Source: Bacteroidota bacterium (GTDB lineage Bacteria > Bacteroidota > Ignavibacteria > SZUA-365). Taken from it: a DNA stretch of 64,000 nt. This document shows, piece by piece, positions 58,655 to 64,000 of this stretch; the stretch's first letter is position 1, and each line of letters begins with the position of its first letter. Made by a program: the position numbers and the translations under genes. The notes below the pieces were generated by a model. It made no database searches and had not been told where the DNA came from. It was given only the letters and a program-made list of their open reading frames with translations. The DNA is taken from positions 2,272-66,271 of the forward strand of contig JAVFAS010000010.1 in the NCBI GenBank assembly GCA_034002405.1, in the 5' to 3' direction.

Positions 58655-61470
58655 ATTTCACACTTTGGCATCGCATCACCGCGGCGGTCGTCTTTCTGAT
58701 TTCCACCGTCGTCTTTCTGCTCACCGTCGCACCCACGATTTCGTTTTGGGACTGTGGGGAATTCATCACCGCCGCGGTGACCATGGGGGTGCCGCATCCC
58801 CCGGGAGCGCCGTTCTTCCAGCTCATCGGCCGCATGTTCTCCCTGTTGCCCTTCAGCGACGACCTCGGATTCCGCGTCAACCTCATGTCGACGTTCTCGA
58901 GTTCGCTGACCGTGCTCTTCGTCTATCTCACCTCGATCCGCCTCCTGCGTCAGTGGAAAGGCGAGCCGCAATCGCCGATGGCGGCCCTCGGCATGCTGAT
59001 CTCCGCGGCGACCGGGGCGCTGATCCTTTCCTTCAGTGACACGTTCTGGTTCAACGCCTCCGAGGCCGAAGTCTACGGCATCGGCATGTTCTTCATCTCG
59101 GCGGTCGTCTGGATCGGCCTCGAATGGTATTTCCACATCGGCGTCTTCAATTCCGAACGCTCGCTGCTGCTGATCGCCTACTTGATGGGACTCTCGATCG
59201 GCGTTCACCTTCTTTCCCTGCTCGCACTGTTCTTCGTGTTTTTCCTCGTCTATTTCCGCGAGCGCAACCGCGAGGACATCAACGCCAGGACCCTGGTGCT
59301 CGCGCTCGCGATCATGGCGGCCGGGTTCGGAGTGATCTATCCCGGCATCGTCAAATACATTCCCGCCCTGCTCGGCAGTACCGGCGGGCTGATCTTCCTG
59401 TTCGTGATCCTCTTCGCGCTCATCGCCACCGTCGCGATGAAGAAACTGCATCCGCAGTTGCGCATGGCCGCACTCGCCATCCTTCTGGTCACGCTCGGCT
59501 ACAGCACCTATGTGATGGTGCCGATCCGTGCCAGCCAGCAGCCGGCGCTCAACGAGAACGCACCGGCGACACTCGAGGGACTCTACAGTTTTCTCAACCG
59601 TGACCAGTATGGCTCGTATCCGCTGCTGAAGGGACCGAACTACAGCGATCGCACGCGCAGCGTGGATTTCGGGAAGGAGGTCTTCCTTCCCCGCCGCTGG
59701 AGTCCGGACGCGGAACACGTGCAGAATTACGCGAACTACAGCTCCGATCTGGATTATTTCCTCTCCTATCAGTTCGGGCATATCTACCTGCGTTATTTCC
59801 TCTGGAATTTCGTCGGCCGTGCCGGCGACCTGCAAAACGCGCCGGTGGCCTTCATCGGTGAGGTGGATGATTGGTCGGAGAGCTCGGGATATCCCAACCG
59901 CTACTACGCCATCCCGCTGATTCTCGGACTGATCGGTATGTACTATCATTTCCGCAAGGATTATCGCACGGGCACGGCCTTCGCCGTTCTGTTCTTCATC
60001 ATGGGCATCGGCCTGGTCCTCTATTTCAACATGGTCAATCCACAGGTGCGGGAACGTGATTACTTCTTCGTCGGCTCCTTCTTCGCGTTCGCGATCTGGA
60101 CCGGCATCGGGGTCTACGGCCTCATCGACCTGTTGCTGACGAGAATTGGCCGCAATGAGGCGGTAGGCGTGGCGTTGGCGGTGCTCATGCTCGTGGCGGG
60201 ACCGGTGAACATGCTCGCGCAGAACTATCGGACCCATGACCGCCACTACAATTATGTGGCATTCGACTATGCCTACAATCTGCTGCAGAGCTGCGACCAG
60301 GACGCCATTCTTTTCACCGGCGGCGACAACGACACCTTCCCCGTGTGGTATCTCCAGTACGCCGCGGGCATCCGCCGCGATGTGCGCGTGGTGAACCTCT
60401 CGCTGCTCAATACCTCCTGGTACAGCAAGCAGCTCAAGAACGAGCGTCCCTACGGGGCAAAGACCGTGGCGTTCAGTTACAGCGATACGGAACTCGATCA
60501 GATGCGTCCCGTGCAGTGGGAACCGCAGAACCTCAGTATTCCGGTCGATCCGGAGGGGTTCAATCTGGGCTCCTTGGCCGAGCTGCCATACATCAAGAAC
60601 CTGCCGCGGCTGCCGGAGAAGATTGACATCACGGTGCAGTCGACCTACGTCGATCCGGCCGGAACGCAAGGAATCCGAGTCCAGGATATTCTGGTCATGG
60701 ATATCCTCAATAACAATTTCAACACGCGGCCGATTTATTTCGCGCTCAGCACCGCGACCACCGACCGCGTTTCCCTCGACAACTATCTCGTGGTCGAGGG
60801 ACTCGCGCAGCGCGTGGCACCCGTGGCGCTGCCGCAGCGCGGAAACCGCTACTACACCAATGTGAACACCGCGGTCACGCAGCGTCATCTGATGGACTTG
60901 CGCAGCGTGCCCGACAGCAACCGTGCGTTCGGCTTCATGTTCCGTGAGCTCAACAATCCGGAGATCAACCTCGACGAGGCAAGCACGAAGATGATCTATA
61001 GCTTCCGTGTGGCGCACATGGGACTGGCCCAGGTGATGCTGCAGGATGAAGGGAACATCGAAGGTGCCACGAAGGTGCTCGCGCAGATGGACAAGACCAT
61101 TCCCGCGGAGTACCACGAATTCGATCGTTCCCTGCGCACCGATCTGACGAACATGTTTCTGATGCTGGGCGATACCACGCGGTATCGTGCGGCGGCGGAC
61201 AAACTCGAAGCAGATTTTCTCAAGGAAATGGAGAGCGACCCGACCGGGCAGAGGACGGGGCGCTCACCCGTCCTGTTCCTGCTCGAATACTATGACGTGA
61301 CCGAGCAGTGGGACAAGGGCATCGGCATCCTGCAGAAGGTGCAGCAACTCTATCCCGATGATCCCATGGTCCTCGAGCGCATCCGGGAATTCCAGTCGTA
61401 CATCGACGCCGGGAAGCGCGTGACGCCGGCGCCCGACACCACGGCCGCCTCCACCATGCCACAGCGATAG
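58651..61470 (+). CDS. DUF2723-family polytopic membrane protein (GT-C-like glycosyltransferase fold, TMEM260-type) with C-terminal helical-repeat domain
   Basis: [38 protein letters not shown] is the characteristic DUF2723 N-terminus. About 11 TM segments. [16 protein letters not shown]. The soluble C-terminal third is helical. Confidence 0.85.
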   Translation: MNFTLWHRITAAVVFLISTVVFLLTVAPTISFWDCGEFITAAVTMGVPHPPGAPFFQLIGRMFSLLPFSDDLGFRVNLMSTFSSSLTVLFVYLTSIRLLRQWKGEPQSPMAALGMLISAATGALILSFSDTFWFNASEAEVYGIGMFFISAVVWIGLEWYFHIGVFNSERSLLLIAYLMGLSIGVHLLSLLALFFVFFLVYFRERNREDINARTLVLALAIMAAGFGVIYPGIVKYIPALLGSTGGLIFLFVILFALIATVAMKKLHPQLRMAALAILLVTLGYSTYVMVPIRASQQPALNENAPATLEGLYSFLNRDQYGSYPLLKGPNYSDRTRSVDFGKEVFLPRRWSPDAEHVQNYANYSSDLDYFLSYQFGHIYLRYFLWNFVGRAGDLQNAPVAFIGEVDDWSESSGYPNRYYAIPLILGLIGMYYHFRKDYRTGTAFAVLFFIMGIGLVLYFNMVNPQVRERDYFFVGSFFAFAIWTGIGVYGLIDLLLTRIGRNEAVGVALAVLMLVAGPVNMLAQNYRTHDRHYNYVAFDYAYNLLQSCDQDAILFTGGDNDTFPVWYLQYAAGIRRDVRVVNLSLLNTSWYSKQLKNERPYGAKTVAFSYSDTELDQMRPVQWEPQNLSIPVDPEGFNLGSLAELPYIKNLPRLPEKIDITVQSTYVDPAGTQGIRVQDILVMDILNNNFNTRPIYFALSTATTDRVSLDNYLVVEGLAQRVAPVALPQRGNRYYTNVNTAVTQRHLMDLRSVPDSNRAFGFMFRELNNPEINLDEASTKMIYSFRVAHMGLAQVMLQDEGNIEGATKVLAQMDKTIPAEYHEFDRSLRTDLTNMFLMLGDTTRYRAAADKLEADFLKEMESDPTGQRTGRSPVLFLLEYYDVTEQWDKGIGILQKVQQLYPDDPMVLERIREFQSYIDAGKRVTPAPDTTAASTMPQR

Positions 61471-61478
61471 GAGCGACG

Positions 61479-62414
61479 ATGCCACGAACGCTGATCACCG
61501 GCGGCGCCGGATTTCTCGGGAGCCATCTCTGCGATCGTCTGCTCGCGGAGGGGCATGACGTCCTATGCATGGACAACCTGATCACCGGCGACCTTGCGAA
61601 TATCGAGCACCTGTTCGGCAATCCCGGCTTCCATTTCGTCAAATACGACGTGACCGAATTCATTCACGTCGAAGGCGGGCTCGATTACATCCTGCATTTC
61701 GCGTCCCCGGCGAGTCCGATCGACTATCTGAAGCTCCCCATCCAGACGCTGAAGGTCGGGTCGCTCGGCACACACAAGGCGCTCGGTCTGGCCAAGGCGA
61801 AGAGGGCGCGGTTTCTGATCGCCTCCACCTCCGAAGTCTACGGCGATCCGGAGATTCACCCGCAGGTCGAAAGCTATTGGGGCAACGTGAATCCCGTCGG
61901 TCCCCGCGGGGTGTACGACGAAGCCAAGCGCTTCGCCGAGGCGATGACCATGGCCTATCATCGGTATCACGGTGTGGAAACACGCATCGTGCGCATCTTC
62001 AACACCTATGGCGAACGCATGCGTGTCGATGACGGCCGCGCCATTCCCGCCTTCATGTCGCAGGGGATCCGCGGCGAGGATGTCACCGTATTCGGTAACG
62101 GCCTGCAGACCCGCAGTGTGTGTTACGTCTCGGACCTGGTGGAAGGGATATATCGGCTCTTGTTATCCGATTATCCTGATCCGGTGAATATCGGCAACCC
62201 GCATGAACTCACCATGCTCGATCTCGCGAAGGAAGTGCTGGAGATCCTCGGTTCGTCGAGCCGCATCGTGCATCGCGAACTGCCCGAGGACGATCCGAAG
62301 GTGCGTCAGCCCGACATCGCGCTTGCGCGCCGCCTTCTTGGTTGGGAGCCCGTGGTCGACCGCCGTGACGGCCTCGCCCGCACCGCCTCCTACTTCCGGC
62401 ACAAACTCGCGTGA
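61479..62414 (+). CDS. UDP-glucuronic acid decarboxylase (UDP-xylose synthase), SDR family
   Basis: [51 protein letters not shown], and [12 protein letters not shown]. Confidence 0.92.
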   Translation: MPRTLITGGAGFLGSHLCDRLLAEGHDVLCMDNLITGDLANIEHLFGNPGFHFVKYDVTEFIHVEGGLDYILHFASPASPIDYLKLPIQTLKVGSLGTHKALGLAKAKRARFLIASTSEVYGDPEIHPQVESYWGNVNPVGPRGVYDEAKRFAEAMTMAYHRYHGVETRIVRIFNTYGERMRVDDGRAIPAFMSQGIRGEDVTVFGNGLQTRSVCYVSDLVEGIYRLLLSDYPDPVNIGNPHELTMLDLAKEVLEILGSSSRIVHRELPEDDPKVRQPDIALARRLLGWEPVVDRRDGLARTASYFRHKLA

Positions 62415-62470
62415 GAACAACCGCAAAAGCGCGAATACACGAAGAAGAGACGCGAAAAGTGTTTCAAGCG

Positions 62471-62506
62471 ACAACGCCCGGGATTTCCCCGGGCGTTGTT
62501 TGTATT
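62471..62506. terminator. bidirectional rho-independent terminator between convergent genes
   Basis: acaacgcccggg-atttc-cccgggcgttgt followed by ttgtatt. Confidence 0.8.
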
Positions 62507-63818
62507 AAAAACTTTCGTGACTTTTATTCGCGTTTCGCGTTTTCGCGGTCGTTCCTAATGAGACGAGGAGGAGGAGGGCGAGGGGGAGGAGCATGGTGAA
62601 GTAGGATCCCCATGCAGCGAAAAACGCGAAGGCCTCGACGACATACAGCAGGAGCAGGGCGAGCACGATCTGTTCGCGGCCGAGCGCACGGCGGCGCATG
62701 GCGCGCCAAAACAGCACGAGCAAGGCGAGCAGCAGCGGAATGTTCAACACCGCGGACACGAGCATCTTCCGTGGGCCACCGTCCGTGGGGGCGATGAAAG
62801 TCCAGGTCCCGATCGGAAAGCGCAGCGCCGTTCGCAGGGGACGCGCGCGCATGTCCTCCTTCGCCAGCCGCCAGAGCACCGCGTCGGCGTCCGGATCCAC
62901 CGCGCCGTAGAATTTTTCCTCGAACGGCATTCCCGTCTCCGCCTCATAGAGCCGGGCCATCGGATAATCCCCTCCGAAATATACCGCCTCTCCCTTCCAG
63001 TAGTGATAGCCGTTGCCGGTGACGACCGGGATGAAACGATCGAAGGTCCGCGCGTTGCGCAGCGTCCACGGCGCGACCACCAGCAGGGTGCCGGCGACCA
63101 CGAGCGCTGCCGTCACGAGACGCCGCCGCATACGGATGGCGCCAAGCGACAGCACATAGGGGGCGGCGAGCACGGGCAGCAGCAGGAAGGTGCCATGGGT
63201 CAGCGCGCCGGCGCCCATGACGAGTCCGGCCAGCGCACCGCGTCCCTCGGCTTCGAGACGTCCCGTTCCCGAACGAATGCGCAACAGCATGAGCATCGAC
63301 ACGACGAGCAGGAGCGTCGCGACATTGATGAAGGTCGTCGTCTTGCTGATGAAGATCAGATAGGGGTGAAAACCGGCGAGCAGGAGGGTGATGCGTTCGG
63401 CACGGGGACCGAACGCAAGATCACGCGCGAGTGCGCGCAGCGCCATGAGCATCGCAAGCGAAAGCAGGGCGGAGCCGAACATCCAGACGATGTACCAGTG
63501 CGCCGGCAGCCAGGCGCCGAAGACCAGCATGAGCGCGACCGGCAGTGGGGGACGGTTGTGCACGGGCGGTCCACCGGGTTCGAAGGCATACGCGCCCGTG
63601 ACCAGCAGCGTGCGCGCGATCTGCAGGTAGCCATCCGCTCCGGCCTGCTCCCATGTCGCGCCCGCGACGGGAACATTCTCGGGCGGAACGTTGACGAACA
63701 GCATCCACGTCAACCCGAACAGCAGGCGTACGAGGACCGCGGAAGCGATGATGCGTCCCGGCGAGAGGCGGTCGAGAAATCGGAAAAAACGTTCCGTGAT
63801 ATCCGTGATCGCGGGCAT
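62505..63818 (-). CDS. polytopic GT-C-type glycosyltransferase (ArnT/GT39-GT83-like)
   Basis: About ten or more TM segments. An early periplasmic loop with DGYLQIARTLLVTGAYAF...PPLPVAL resembles ArnT/PMT-type enzymes. The start is trimmed to MPAITDI, 3 nt after the upstream GT2 stop. Confidence 0.65.
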   Translation of the reverse strand: MPAITDITERFFRFLDRLSPGRIIASAVLVRLLFGLTWMLFVNVPPENVPVAGATWEQAGADGYLQIARTLLVTGAYAFEPGGPPVHNRPPLPVALMLVFGAWLPAHWYIVWMFGSALLSLAMLMALRALARDLAFGPRAERITLLLAGFHPYLIFISKTTTFINVATLLLVVSMLMLLRIRSGTGRLEAEGRGALAGLVMGAGALTHGTFLLLPVLAAPYVLSLGAIRMRRRLVTAALVVAGTLLVVAPWTLRNARTFDRFIPVVTGNGYHYWKGEAVYFGGDYPMARLYEAETGMPFEEKFYGAVDPDADAVLWRLAKEDMRARPLRTALRFPIGTWTFIAPTDGGPRKMLVSAVLNIPLLLALLVLFWRAMRRRALGREQIVLALLLLYVVEAFAFFAAWGSYFTMLLPLALLLLVSLGTTAKTRNANKSHESF

Positions 63819-63820
63819 GG

Positions 63821-64000
63821 TCAGAATCTCCGCGCGACACGCCAGCGCAGCAGCGTCCACACCGCCGCGATCCCGTCGCGCCAGTTGATTTTCTTCCCCT
63901 GGTTTTTCTTCCGCGGAAAATAATCGATGGGGACTTCGACGATATCGACACCCCGGCGCAGCACCTTGGCGGTGACTTCGGGACAGAATTCGAAGCGCGT
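63821..64000 (-). CDS. GT2-family glycosyltransferase (polyprenyl-phosphate sugar synthase-like); only the C-terminal 59 codons are in the window
   Basis: My minus-strand translation reads ...RFEFCPEVTAKVLRRGVDIVEVPIDYFPRKKNQGKKINWRDGIAAVWTLLRWRVARRF*. This is the typical C-terminus of DPM1/ArnC-like GT2 enzymes. The N-terminus is beyond the right window edge. Confidence 0.65.
   Translation of the reverse strand, partial: TRFEFCPEVTAKVLRRGVDIVEVPIDYFPRKKNQGKKINWRDGIAAVWTLLRWRVARRF

Noticed and set aside
58618-61116. 832-aa ORF on the minus strand
   Set aside because: It is antisense to the DUF2723 gene, which has a diagnostic N-terminal motif and regular TM segments on the + strand.
1-64000. 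Search for tRNA, rRNA, transposase, integrase, phage or toxin-antitoxin signatures that would mark a mobile island
   Set aside because: I saw no T-loop/acceptor-like tRNA structures in intergenic regions. I also saw no DDE or tyrosine-recombinase motifs, no flanking direct repeats around the cargo blocks and no phage structural genes next to the tail-fibre-like gene. The accessory regions therefore appear to be chromosomal rather than recently mobile, within the limits of inspection by eye.

Overview
GC-rich bacterial chromosome segment. Third codon positions are almost all G/C, so nearly every real gene casts long antisense shadow ORFs. I resolved these by protein-like composition, recognisable motifs, signal peptides and Shine-Dalgarno placement. 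I call about 41 protein genes and found no rRNA, tRNA, CRISPR array, transposase or integrase. Seven proteins end in the roughly 80-aa C-terminal sorting domain typical of type IX secretion (T9SS) cargo (pattern (N)YPNP...hDllGR...G.Y). This places the organism in the Fibrobacteres-Chlorobi-Bacteroidetes superphylum, yet its best promoters are classical TTGACA-N17-TATAAT type.

Left half (1-45.2 kb), accessory or surface-oriented:
- A zf-HC2 anti-sigma-like operon.
- A Pmp-repeat/HYR adhesin.
- Two paralogous LuxR-type regulators with degenerate receiver domains and apparently leaderless mRNAs. They bracket a module made of a small CTD protein and a tail-fibre-like protein.
- An NSS transporter with an untracked 32-aa companion ORF.
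- A TonB-dependent-receptor-like barrel, a secreted M1 peptidase, a DUF438/hemerythrin/PAS protein and a vWA cargo protein.
- Lipoproteins on either side of a 36-bp tandem repeat.
- A decayed AddB/AddA-like relic containing in-frame microsatellites.
- A 15.5-kb block of four giant secreted proteins that share unnamed modules.

Right half (45.3-64 kb), housekeeping and envelope: rpsT, CorC/HlyC, PrsW, wecB, a GT4 glycosyltransferase, dus, a lipoprotein/LysM pair, phoH, prfB with its +1 frameshift, LolC/E-LolC/E-LolD, DUF3098, DUF2723, UDP-xylose synthase, and a GT-C plus GT2 pair.

I see no textbook defence or mobile system. The most promising unexplored candidates are the LuxR-bracketed tail-fibre-like module (6.6-11.9 kb) and the four-gene T9SS cargo island (29.7-45.2 kb). 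All family assignments come from motif recognition by eye. Domain boundaries are approximate, and no database search was run.
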